Assembly: GCA_903813345.2 (NCBI GenBank)
Contig: CAIIXF020000001.1
Span: forward strand, 18,042,001-18,106,000
Origin: Owenia fusiformis
Lineage: Eukaryota
Reading direction: 5' to 3'
DNA: 64,000 nt
In this document: positions 1 through 13,673 of the stretch, one piece after another
Layout: each line of letters begins with the position of its first letter
Position numbering within the stretch: the first letter of the stretch is position 1
Program-made: the position numbers and the translations under genes
The notes under the pieces: model-generated
The model's database searches: none
Told to the model about the DNA's origin: nothing
The model's input: the letters and a program-made list of their open reading frames with translations, nothing else

Positions 1-1199
1 AAACCATGATACTTCCTTTTGTGAAGATTAACCATCATTGCTTGTTATCCATCCCTGGTCCATCCCTTTATATGCCCGTTTTACTGTACGTGCACTACAA
101 AATTGACTTTTTATTTACTCCTGGAACTAATACGATCATAAGTCCAGTATCGTCTATTGTTATAGTTGTAAACACCAAATGCCATGAGGATTGTTGCTGT
201 CAACGAGTGCAAACCTACTACGGTAATAAGCCAAAGTATCAATTAATACTAACTGGTGATTATAATCATCATTTTCTGTATAAATGACTTGATGGAGATC
301 ATACCCGATCAGGACAATAGCTTTATATAGCTTCGGGATAACAATTTATATTCTAACTGCATATCCCTTGTCCATCCTCATGATGAGTAAGGGAACATGT
401 TGCTTGGTCAAACTATTTTATGATATAGCCAAAAGTATCCCCAACAGATTCCTAACTTTAGAACACTCTGTATATATCATGGAACGTCACTGAACAAATA
501 TTATTATTATCACTCAAAACAAATCCCAATTTTTCAAAGGTACTCACCTTCTCTGAATTGGAAGTCCCACATACCAATCAACAAGTAAACATTTGTTGAG
601 GGGAATTTGACCCATTTCACCTTTTTAGTTTGTAACAAAATGCGATACATATTCAGATAATTGGATTCTGTAAATTAATTTATTTTAGATATTTTGTATA
701 CATATATAACCTGTTTTACTCCGGGCCTTAACATGTATATTATAGTTCATGTATTGGAAGTTGCAAAGGGACAGATAAGATATTGAAATACATGCAGACT
801 TTGAGTTAGTTGAGTATTTATAAACTAAATCAATATAATTATAATCAAGAGAAAATATATTCATATTAACTTGAACTGGCTCCATCGACATATTCTACAT
901 GATCATCAGCGTTATACAGATAAGCTATGACATATATATGAGTGCGGGGGCGTCAACATCCCATACCACGGTAAAGGGAGTCATTAAATCCATTAACTTT
1001 TCTTTTATGATAATTTACAATCGCTAAGTGATTTTTACATGTATTAACCTGAGATTATGCTACAGCGGCCAAGTGAAGCCTCTAAATAACAGTACACCGG
1101 TGATAAACGTCCAAACTGGGCCATTCAAGAGTGTCACATTGACATAAAATCCGTACTGGAAATTAACCCACAATTAATTAGATCATTTTGTATAGGAAT

Positions 1200-1290
1200 T
1201 TGTAAGGCGATTGGTAGAGTCGCACCACGTGATCATTTATGTCGAAGGTCACGCAGCAAAATTTGCCATAAATCGACATTATATTTCTGC
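1200..1290 (+). promoter_or_regulatory. CCAAT + E-box module with Hox-type TTTAT sites
   Basis: ATTGG at 1210-1214, CACGTGATC at 1226-1234, then ATTTATG and GCCATAAAT. Confidence 0.4.
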
Positions 1291-3827
1291 CGTTAAAAAG
1301 TATTCATTACCCGCCAGCCATTTAGACAGTTTATTGTGCAAAACTCTGTTCGTTAAGACAGACCTAGCCCATCTATGTGTTCGAATAGTTGGATTATGTG
1401 ATTTTTCCAGAGTTTCTAGGGATTTAGCAGAATTTTGAACAATGCAGTTAGCAGCGACAATGGGCAGCCCTAGACAAGACACACGTGGTAAGTTATGCCA
1501 GATTGTTTGACTCAATACGTCACCACTTCATTATGTTTGAATATCATTAAACAATAACGGTAGTATCTTGGGTGGGATGAATTCGGGTATCACATACACA
1601 GTGTGTCCTCTATGCAACAACTCAGATATTCCAAACGTTGGCATTGTGTAAGATTTCGTAATCAATTGCAATATACATATTTAGATGCGTAATTCAATGC
1701 CATTCATACATCTGCGCATATGGATGCATGACCGAATAAAAAGTCACGTTTATAAATCGTTCTTGGGGACAATGCCAAAAAACAATACTGAATTTCATTG
1801 TTGATCTGTATAAACAGAGCCATGTTTGCTAATCGATGTCATTGATCATGCAAGGTTGAGGCATATTTCAAGAGTTCAAATAAGGGCATATCTCAATAAT
1901 TAAATTCAAGATGGCTGACTATAATCATGTACATACATATCCATAACGTTTTCTGACAAACATTTTAGCTTATGTTCTTACTGAAAAACCTGAATTTAAG
2001 AACTTGAATACTTTTATAAGTTTGATTATGTAGTTGCATGCAATCCTCATTTTGCATTACATCAAATTATTGCGCAGGAACTACTTTAATGACGTCATAA
2101 CGATTAGATATAGAACTGTTAGATTGTGAGATTATTAGCATGATCGAACTGTGCCATATATGATAAAGTTGCATTCCATATTTTGTTAGATTTTGCATTC
2201 CTGTCTAATCTTGGTAACTTGTGCCACCCACAATGATGTTTAATCACTAAACTATAGTTTGTTTGTTTTTACTTCTAAGTGTTGCCTTAAGTGTTTTGTG
2301 AAAATAATTTCCCCTTTGCAATATGAAATTGTGTCGATGTATAACAAGAAGAAAGTAAAGATCTGTAGTTAAATGTCAAATTATCATTATAATTTGGTAA
2401 TTTCCAGACCTCGTGGCTATTTGTGTTCGGATTGTTTTAATTGATTACTACGATTTATCTTAAAAAGTTCACTATATAAATATATACTAACTTGTAGATA
2501 TACAGATTAATATATTCTTATTCTATAGTCATACATAGATACATTTGACAATACATAAAATCCCATCCTGCCACCGTGATCGTGTCTTGGTTTGCCTAAA
2601 TGTGTACATTGAGAAGGAGAACAGATTTTAGACAATATTGACAGTCTCTGGAAATTGGATCGGTACTCGGGGATATAGGAAGGTCGTTTTGGCTTTCGTT
2701 GTCTTGTTGTGTTGGTGGCACTTGCATATGGAGTCATGGTTCTCTGTAGAGTGAAGTGTTCTCTAGTTTAGTTTGTGTTCACTGTACATGCTTCTACAGG
2801 CCTCTCATCCAGAGGTGTATTAGAATTGATAACTCCTCCTGTAACTTTAGTTCCTGTAACTGCATGCACTTCTTAATCTCAAATATATATAGTATTGTTG
2901 TAACTTAATTTTATCTCTATAAAACCTGCTGGTTCTGGTTTAAATTCACATAATATTAGACTTCGAACCAATTTTTCTGCAAAAATGATTTGATAAAGCT
3001 CGAGTGAAAATACATATTCGATCTAATTTCACGAAATATGAAATTTAAATGTTGTCCAAAATGGAAAGTTCATCAAGGGTATAAACGATCACGTACAATT
3101 CTTTACTCCTCGAATCTTTCGATTACATTATATACTGGTGGTGAATTGCTCGTGTAAATGCAATCACCAATTATGCCATTTGTGCCAATGTCTTTGAAAA
3201 ATGTAATCATTTACCATGGTATTTTTAAAATATAAATATTCAAAATACCATTCATTTGGAAGATCATGATTAATTGTTATAAAAATGAGTGCGAATGTAA
3301 ATCATGAGTTGATAATTACTCTTAGATTTTATTTCATTTAAATAGAATTTGGGGAAACATTTTAGGACCATTTTGTACTTGATGAGATGTCTTTGAAATA
3401 TGATGTTGTATCGTCCATATTCTTAATTCATCCTTCCTTAAGTATATTTTCCGATTTACAATTGATTTCAATGTGCTCTCAACTTTAAATGAATTGAGAT
3501 CTCAAATATATTTTTCACGGCCTTGTCAGGAAAAAACCACACGCCCTGGAAACATATTTTATTCCTCAGGAATTTAGATCCAACAGAATTGAATTTTTTT
3601 AAATGCTCTAAATATAAAGCAAATATAGGGGCGTAATTTTCATTTCCAAATATATTTTCTACCATATAGGTTTCAATGCAACTGCTTACTTGCAACATAA
3701 CAATACTGTGAGGTGGTGTAATTATGTTTTTCTTGTAGGATGTTACTATTTGTATTTATTTTATTTCCTTATACCAACATGTTTACACTACGAATGGGAC
3801 AGCATTTCTTGTTGACTGTTGAAGTAA

Positions 3828-4548
3828 AGGATTGGTATCGATATGGAAAACTGAATTCAACAATGTTTTTCATTTAAACCAATTATTGAAAACATTCTGT
3901 AAAAACATTATATGTAATGTTGACTGATTGACAACAATTTAATGCGAAAACAGATTATATATATTTTATGTAACTGTTTTTGTTAACATTTTTTGTTTTT
4001 TAGTGCAATTGTTTTTGTACCTTTTTACCATTTCTTGAGAATGAAATAAAATATCTTTCCGAATTTTGTTTGAACAAAATAGAATTTACAACATTTTGCA
4101 GACTTCTCAATATCATAGTTGTACAAATGAAATTTTGGTTGATTTAACAAAAAGTATTCAAAAAATTAAAACAAAACCCCCGAAATAGATGAAAACTAAG
4201 ATAAACCTTTAATTTCATCAATAAGATACTTTTTTAAATCAACCAAGCTTTCCTTTGTATAATTACAATATTGAGAGACAACGTTGTGTTTATGTCATTT
4301 TGTTTCAATGAGGTTCGGATAGATGTTTTATTTTATTCCGAACATATGATTCCAAGAACAAAAGAAGTGTCCGATGTGTTTTCGAAAACAATAAAGACTG
4401 AAAAGTATATATATATTTCTATTTCAAATTATATAATTATCATCCAAAGATGACCATTAAATTGACAATGTAGACTTTTCAGAATTTTTTGATGACTGGT
4501 TTAAGAGAAACGTGTGTTCAAAAAGTTCGCCATATCGATTCCCATCCT
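3828..4548. mobile_element. Old foldback MITE, Kolobok/T2-like (AGG...CCT ends, TTAA-type site)
   Basis: GTAA|AGGATTGGTATCGATATGG... versus ...CCATATCGATTCCCATCCT|TTAA. Internal arms are also inverted (TCTCAATAT...TTGGTTGATTTAA at ~4105-4147 versus TTAAATCAACCAAG...ATATTGAGA at ~4234-4276), so the element is nearly a full palindrome. Confidence 0.7.
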
Positions 4549-7500
4549 TTAATTTTCATGCCATCACAGCATGAGTAAGCTAAAAGAAGATTTTTTCTCC
4601 AATGAACGAATTTTAAATGTATTGACGAGCGTTGATGGTTGTGATGGTTTGATGATTGCTAGTTATATTTAATAATCTAACCGATATTAATATTTGTGTT
4701 GTTAATCTCTTAGTAGACAATTACATATTTTCTTCATTTTGTGTGAAATGTAAACTGAAAAGATATATCAATCCTGTAGTATAAAGCTATTACATCCAGG
4801 TTCCGAATTTGACTCATGTTTTGTTTTCAAATTTTTATTTACCATTTTTTAGATTACATTTAATCAATTTGAAAAAGAGCATAGCTTCAAGTCGTAATGA
4901 ACCATGCTGGAAAATTGAAACGAGAATAAATATACCCCGGGCCAACCAATTATCCAGACACCCATCAAGCACGCAGATGTTTTCATGAAATATAGTCCAC
5001 ATATCACCTAAGGAGTTATAAAACACATTACAACAGAGACCAAAAATGGAAAAAGCAAACAGTGTTAGAAAACAATTTAGAAAAATGAAAATGCAAGAAT
5101 ACAAATGGATGTAAGGGAACAATACGTTTAACACACTGCATAATTTGTTGGGTGATTGTTGTAATTTAATTATCTTCAAATGATACAAGGGCATATGATT
5201 TCCCCCACATTATTGAAAACATACCATTTGATTTTCTCGTGTTATCAATGAAACCCGGATCTCAAATTTTGATATACGTATATCAAATTTTCATTTAACA
5301 TAACCAATATGTTCAGGTAGAAAATGTTGATCACCCTGTATATGTACAAAATGTGACATAATCATTGTCATTGGTGGTAATATAACTGTGTAAATTGTTG
5401 TTCATCTACGTAAATAATAGTTGGCCTTACTTCGTAAAATCAAGTAGCAATAGTAAGTCAATAAAATTGCAAACTTAAACAGTGAATCATCTGTTGAATA
5501 ATATTACTTATAATCGAAACCAACATTTTGATTTTATAAATTTACTTAACAGAATACTTGTACTTTTTCAAGTTTTCTGTTGGTTTAACTTCTGAAAAGG
5601 GGCCAGTGGTTCTTACCTGATCATATATGTATTTGCCATCGCTGTGGATATGAAATGTTATAATTACTTAATTTGTACATTTTCAATAATTTCTCCAAAT
5701 AAGGAGATAGTGTTACAAAACCTCACCGAAATGTTGCAACCTCTATAAATAATCATCTCTGAAAATTTGACTTTGTTTTGATTTTAAAGAGAACAACGTG
5801 CACCTTAATTTATGAACCTGTGGCCCTCGTATGTTCATTTTATATGTTTCACAAATACAGAGTGGACCGAAATAAAAGCTAATTATTAATATTTCTATAT
5901 TAGTATAAGAATAAAAAATGTTTTATTTATTTGACTATTTAGGGCTATTAGTGAAAGGTTGTATCAGATCTAGCGAGCGATCTTAATAAAAAATGTTCTC
6001 AATTTTAATATGTTTTGGGCTTGTTATGTCTATTTTCTAAAAATCCATTATTGCATAGCTTATTTGAGGAAAACTTAAAATCCTTAACAATGTGTTCATT
6101 TCTTTGCAGATGTGGTTGCTATATTTATCATTTGGTAGAATTTACACGTTTGCGGCAAATTTTTCACTTTCAATCTGAAATAACTTCTATTTTATTTGAA
6201 ATGGTAAATACTACATTATATTGTTAGGTCTATTGTTCACATTTCTTGCATTTTGTTAACTTCTATACCTCTAATTCTACCTTTAAGAGACAAGGAGACA
6301 CTCTTAATGTGTTCGAAAATGTGGCACATACATCAGACAGAAGTTCTATGTCACATTTCATTTTCAACTGGATGTAAGATTTCAAAACATTTAGCATTTT
6401 CGACTATGCTACAATGGTACCGCTACAATTATTGTGTTCATAACAATAATATTTGTTTTACTATATTCGAATGAATATATTTTAATATGACACCACTGTA
6501 TACAGCCAAACTATAATCGTGGAAATAATTAGTTACTTAGAGCAGAGACAATCTGGATAATTGTTTTTTGACAGCACAATGGTTCTTGAATACGGGGCAA
6601 AAATATTATTCATCGTCGATGTAATAGATTAAAACGGCCTATGTAATTCTAATGAGAAAATATATTGCTAATATTGCCAGAGAGTCGCCAGAGATAGTAT
6701 CATCAATTGCTTCTAATATGCCAGGATTTAATTCATCAAAATCCCCTTGATTGGTTCCAATATTTCTGATAAATGTTTTAATAGAGACTGGAGAGGATGT
6801 TTCTTAAGGGGATATTTTAAAACTGTTGTTAGAGTGTTAGATTTGTCTTGAAGTATCTGAAGCAATATCTTAAAAAGGAAGATTAAATATAGCTCTTATT
6901 GATGAGAAATGTTGCAGAAATGTGCAAATATATTAAAATAGGGGAACATAGATTAACTCAAATTTGAAAGATTATCCGGGGATCATCATTGAATGGCAAA
7001 ATGTCAAAAACTATTGAAAATTGTAACATTTCTTCTGAAATCCACTTTGCTTTTATTGTTCGTGTAACGAAACAACCACAATCCATGCCACAGTCAAACG
7101 TCTTTTACCGACCTAGAAAATAAAATATTGATTGTTAATTTCTACGAATTTTAACAATACATTCAATAAAAGAGACGTATCACAAAAACAGTACATACAA
7201 ACATTGGGTCAACACAATGCATCGTAGTAATAGAAAAACTCCATTCTATATGTATTCATATGTATTTTTTATTTCCGATGCTGTATCCAAAATCGAATCC
7301 TTCGTTTATATCTTGTTTGGGATAAAAATGTGAATCGGCTATATTAACTTTGTTAATGTTCTTGAAAATGAAGTGCTCTAAAAGACTGTTATTAAATGTT
7401 AATGGCATTGTTTCATAATACAAATACGATCCAGAATGACCCGAGGAAAATTAAACATCATCAGATTACACAAATGCGTTTTTCATATTTGTTAGTCTAG

Positions 7501-10500
7501 CTCCTAATCGAACTTTTCCATTTCATAACTATGTTCTTTATACGTTTTTCATGGCCATCGGCATTTTCATCCGATCCTTGTGTATATTGAAACATATCTC
7601 GTTTTATTAAGTTGATAAACTGCATTACTCTAATCAAAATGCATACGTGTACGTATAGTTAAACGGAAATTTAGATTTACCCCCGGGAAATTGCAAATAA
7701 GCAATTTCGAAATGGTCGGGATAACGATCAACTAATTTATTTTAATCCATTTATTTCAGAAAATTGGAAATTCTGTATTAAGATGTTTAAAAAGGCATTT
7801 TGTATCATACTGCTGCGTTATATCGCCAATACAACAATGAATACTACTTTATGTCAACACTAATATTTTCGGGGGGGGGGGTAATATTTCTTAAGAGGAT
7901 AACACCGACTTTTAAAATTTATATGTTGAAGTGTTTCACATTTATTAACATAAGTTTTTTATAAAACTTACCCTAAAAACACAAATAAAATATGACAAAT
8001 CGACGTGAAAAGCTTTGAAGAATTTTCACACGATTATAGACGCATGAAATTGATATAAAGTGAAAAAGGTAGATCGAATTCTGGATTGCGGAGGTAACAT
8101 CGCGAGAGGAAAAATGTTTTGTCATCCGAATTGAGACCACGTTGAAATATTGTCATCAAATTGAAATAATTTGCGGGCCACCTGCTTCGCAAAACAGCAT
8201 CGATATTAATTATTGAATCCCAAAGCAGGTACATCACAATTTATCTCTTTCCGTTTCCGAGTAGCATTTAAATACTACCAACGTTGTAACATTAGAAAAA
8301 TTAATATTTCTTTTTTTTACAAATTGTCGAACGAAAAAGAACATCCGTTAATAAAGCAGGCATTGAGTTTATGCTATAAATCACGTGAAACATGACTAGA
8401 GGGTGTGTGCCAAATGAGCATTATGCAATTTATGGCACTGTTAAATCAATAATAATACATTTACTGCAAAATAACCTAGAACTCATATCAATAACTCAAT
8501 ATCTCATTCAGGCCAGTGTTGCCCTCTTTACTTAAAACACACCAAATTGATGACTATATTCACCGATAGGGGCAGCACTGTACAGATTGGTTTATTTATC
8601 ACATGGGAAATCATATAATATTGAAGTTTGTGAACTTATTTTTTGTACACTAAGACGTTTTTCTCAAAATGATTTGGTGACGTGACAAATATCTATGATA
8701 TGGATATGGTCATATTTGTGCAATTTATTTTGTGGTTTTGGATCAAGGTTGGTCTATTGTACATCAAACAATACCACTATCCCCAGCTGAATGGCACATC
8801 CCAAAATGAGCCATTTTAGAAAATTTAAACTTTCTTAAAACAATTCGCATATGCCTTATTTAAAAGGATAATTAAAAAATATGAAACTAATGAAAATAAT
8901 TTAGATTAAATGCATTCAACTTTTTAGAAGTTGTATTTTAAGATAATCACCACTTGTACTTTATTATCCTCTTGTCCAAAGGCTAGCGATTTGATCTACG
9001 ACATAATTTCAGTATATGATATTCAATCATGGGTTGGTAGGTGAAGGATATATGTAAAGGGATTTTTGTAGCCTCGGGGGTTAATAAGTTCTGATACATT
9101 GGGTGCACCAAATACGGATGTAATGATATATCGAGCAACTCGCATATCATCAAAATGCAGAACCGACATTATGAATCATCATAAAGACGGTAATATGTCT
9201 TTCAATTTTAATGACCCTTATTCAAACTGGACAACCTTGATTAACAAATTGCAAATATACATTATCCATGAAGATAAATTGTCACCAGTTCTCATTTTTT
9301 ATCACATGTGACATTCCGAGTGAATACCTCTACTCGGATGAACATTGTTTCGTTAAGTTTATGTTGGGTGGAACATGAAAAGCCACTCGATCCTATAGTC
9401 ACTTATGGCTTGCACTGGAAACCACGCTGTACATTCTAAAAGAAGTGATGTAGCGATTGTGAATCGCGAGCTGACACTGATAAATGGCGTTGCTTGATTA
9501 CTTCTTTTACTGGATGAGCTTCTGGTAATTTAATCTTCGTTTGCTAAGCCACATGTAGACAGAAATGTAATTGCATCTCCAGGCAAGCGTATTATCTTCC
9601 CGTTGCCATGGTTACATCGTTCCAAAAGAGTTTAGAAATTGAATTGCAATTACCTTTTCTTAAGCCTTTATTCACAAAATGGATTTTAGAAATAATTTAC
9701 ATTTTCTGCTTATGAGAATAATTCACATATGCTTCTTCCCTTGGCAACAACTATGTATAAAGTATACGAACACAAAGTGTTCTATATAATATTTCAACAT
9801 TTAATAGTGGAACAGTTTCTTAGAGTGATATACCTAAATGCTACATTGAGGTTAGATAGTTTTCTCCTCTGTTTCAGAACGACTTTAAGTTGGTCTTCTG
9901 TGTACTTGTCCTCCAAATTGTATACTGTAGCTATTTTCACAAGTTGTCTTTTGTTTTTTCTCCATGAAGACTAAAATAACTTGGTAAAGGTTTTAATATA
10001 TATTTATTGATGCTTTCCGTTATTTTATCGTTTGTCTATTAGATAAAAAGAGCATTCATTATGTGTATGCTCCGTCTCCATTTTTGCTCCAAACTTTACT
10101 TATTTATCGAAGGATTATATTCATGAAGTAAAAATATATAAATGTTATTTTGCACATGGTGTAGCCATGCTTCCCGATGTATTCATCATTCATGATTGTT
10201 ATTTATGAGATGTTGTAAACAATGTGCGTATTGTCCATTTTATTTTATGATTTTCAAGAAACAATGCAATTTACCATTCTGTCTGTGTTCAATCATTTGT
10301 ATTTGTTCAAAAGATTTACTTTTTAACAAGACATTGCACACGGAAAAAATGAATATTTTCTTACAATTTATATACCAATTTACAATTTATACACCATATA
10401 CTGGCTGTTTTATCATGTTTTCTTTATATTGGCATATCAACGGACTGCGCCATGTGCTAATATTTGCCTTATACGGGAATAAGGGAAACGACAGAATAAT

Positions 10501-13231
10501 GGCAGCCATGTTCAGAAAGTTTATAATCCTTTTGATTCTTTTAGGATTCTCCCAATCTGTGTTGAATCAATTGGACTTACAGTGTAAATCTGTTACAGTA
10601 AAAGTTAACCATAAGACGAAAAAACGTTCTTCTTATATCAACAACAACATTGAAAAATAAGATTAGTTTATTTTCTTGAGTTTTGAATTTGATGGTCGTT
10701 TAAAAATGACTTGCAATTGTTATAATCGAATTTGAAACTGATTTATTCATAAATTGGTATTGTCACCTTCTTACGCATTATTATGTTCAAATCACATCTT
10801 TATCATTATAAACCAACGCCCCTCAATTTAAAGAAACTCGTTAACTACAATCACTCTTTAAGGCCACTAGAAATTCTATATGAGGATTATGTAATGTGTC
10901 ACAAAATTGAAATTGTGATAAAGATTGATGTTCCATTACAAGCAGAGCCGTAGGTGTAGCTGGTTAGATCTAGATAACTTCAACAACAAAATAAAACACA
11001 AATAACGTTCTACCGAGACATGATAACCTTCATGATATGCATTCCATAATGTTAAGGGATTCATTTGTTTTAAAAGGCCTGGTAAAATAAAACATTAACT
11101 GCTCAACGATTAAGCTAAGACTTAATTTAGGTACATGGCCCCGTTTATGTTTCCGGTAGATAACTTGTGTAGTCTGTATAAATTACAGTAATGTACTTAT
11201 ATTCGATGTGATTGTGCTTTAGTGGTTCGGGGTGACCTATTTAGTTAATTCTTAGACTAACACACTATACGCTGCTCATATAAAGTTTTATGTTCCTCGT
11301 AAAAATCCAGGAACTGGAATTCAAGATGGCCGAATGCTTGTGTTCATCTACGTATCATTTAAAAGGTTCTTTCAACCATTTGGAATCAGATGAATCTGCA
11401 AATGACCGAGGCTTCTTGTTAAAGAGAACATCTGCAACTCGTATTGGATCGGGACTGTTGGTGAGTACTGACTACATGTACATCGCATTTGTTTTAACTA
11501 AACTCTATTGCGTTCAATGTCTGTGCTGCACTCGTTGAATTATAATACGTGGTTTTGTGTGGGTGTTAGAAAACGATTCATCTTCTGGGGGTACACTTTC
11601 TTCACACACGCACATGGAACTCATGTATTCTGGTTGCATACGTTTTCATTCGTGTACTTATAAATGTTATGTACATGCAATGTACAGATACTGTGCATCA
11701 TTTGCCTATAAGCATCATAAATTAAGCAATGTTAAGCTATACCTGTATGTATTATAATCATTAATGCGGCTATGTCTGGATCGGTAATCAAATCATATTA
11801 AAATGGACTGATCGTGAAATGCAATCTTACGAAAATATGGTATCATAAAATGAGCTAAATTACAAGTCGAAACATGACTACAATTTCCGTTTCTAGATTC
11901 ATAGTCATGGAATGGAATTCTATATCCTTGGCATCTGTCCCGAAATCAGATAATGGCTGTACAAATGGCGCTCAATCATTTGAAGTCCAATGTTATTTTT
12001 TAACAATCTCGCGTAATTTCATTATAAACCACCCCCTTGATTTATGTTTTGTTCAGCTACATAATTCTACAAAATTACAAACCCTAAATCACCATTGTGA
12101 CATTCCAGCGATTCAGTGTAATTTCTTTTTTGTTAAATATTTAATATCATGAGCTGAATTTGTCACAAACAGATTCTACATCAATCCATTTAAGAACCAG
12201 ATTACAATTTCATTCACATACAGTCATACGCTTTGAAACATTTTTCATTATGGATAGTCGTGAGTCATATGTGAGTCACAAAGTAGATTAGACATTCCGA
12301 TAAGATGGAATTTGGGAGTAACTGATGTGGAAGAAGGGTTATTCAAATTTTTATCCTGTCACATGTGTTTTATCTCATTTATCATCCTTCCACTTCCACT
12401 GATCATACTAACTTTTTGATGTTTTAGTTCATCCATGAAGGTGGAGTCTTTTTTCACGTACTTTGTATGTGCCAATCCCATTCACAAATATGCCTCATAT
12501 ATTTTCTGATCTATAGAAATGAATAAACAAAATTTCAAAATCGTTGACACAGCATCGAACAGAAGAGGTCATCACACATTTACAAACATTTCATGCAACA
12601 AGCCTTACATGTATGTTTCGAATTTTATGCGATTTGTTTTAGTAGCAAACAGTGTACTTGCCTGACTATCCCACCTTATGATCACAATTCTGAACTCAAA
12701 CTACATTAAAACATTTATTTACCTTGGTTTGGTGTTGTTATGCGATTTTTGTTTCTTTTTGTTATCATGTTCGTGTTTTGTCAGTTTAGTGTTGATTTGT
12801 GTTATGTTGTTTGGTAGTGTTTGTGATGTCTTGATTGGTTCTGTATCAGTTTTAGTTTTTGCTTAGATATATGCCGTCGTTTCTATTTTTGCCAAATGTG
12901 TTTCAATATTGTCTCAAATTCTTCACTAATTATTAGTGAATACTCAATATTTTACATATATTTGATTCCATTAGTTAAAAACATGTGCGTCTTTCGCAGG
13001 TGATATGATATTTCATAAAATCTGAAGTGCTGGTGTAATATCATATTGTGAAAGTGCCAGGTATTTACCGAAAATAGAATTAAATATTTGTTTTATTATT
13101 CACTGTTTTATTCCTCACTCATATTCATGGAATAACAAACTTTCGATGTCTAATTAATAATAACAATGTGGTATTCCTGGGGATATATGAAATTAAAATT
13201 ACTTTGGACTAAGTATTGACTATATACATGT

Positions 13232-13673
13232 ATAATATTAAGCAAATATTTCATTCTATGAAGGGCAATACCTGTTCATCTTTCAATGATTTTTGCAGTA
13301 TGTATTGCCCGCAGCCCGTAGGGCGAGGGAAATACATGCTGCAAAAATCATTGAAAGTGCAACAGGTATTGCCCGAACATAGAATGAAATATTTGTTTTA
13401 TTATCATTGCTAGATATTCTCTGTAATCGTTATTTTAATCAATAAATATATCATAAACCCATAAGTTAACATAATTACGTACAAGTATTGTATCGTACAC
13501 TTTATTTTCGTCCAGTGCAGTTGTCAGAATTCCCGGGCGGGCAATACGTCGGGCAATACGTCTTTTATTATCCCCAAATTGAGGGAGCTGTGAAATACGC
13601 TATGGTATTTTTGATCACATGGTACTTAATTAGCCAATCAAATCACACAATTTCTAGCAATGATATAATAAAA
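13232..13673. mobile_element. Palindrome-containing non-autonomous element (Crypton-like)
   Basis: Near-perfect ~160-bp hairpin (13243-13395) centred on GCCC-GTA-GGGC (13314-13324). A second inverted pair: TTTTATTATCATTGCTAG (13396-13413) and CTAGCAATGATATAATAAAA (13654-13673), with AGCCAATCA near the end. The superfamily assignment is from recall and is tentative. Confidence 0.6.

Noticed and set aside
2507-2737. Minus-strand ORF with TTRQRKPKRPSYIPEY, reminiscent of a Gypsy integrase tail
   Set aside because: The motif is too short, with no RT/integrase core or LTRs visible. BLASTX would be needed.
9602-9615. RFX X-box-like GTTGCCATGGTTAC (similar strings at ~16811, ~17120, ~34531)
   Set aside because: Such motifs are common in invertebrate MITE remnants, and there is no independent support for function.
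10196-10660. 154-aa ORF (also 4835-5194 and 12678-12866)
   Set aside because: F/I/L/C-rich translations of T-rich low-complexity DNA with no domain or exon structure.
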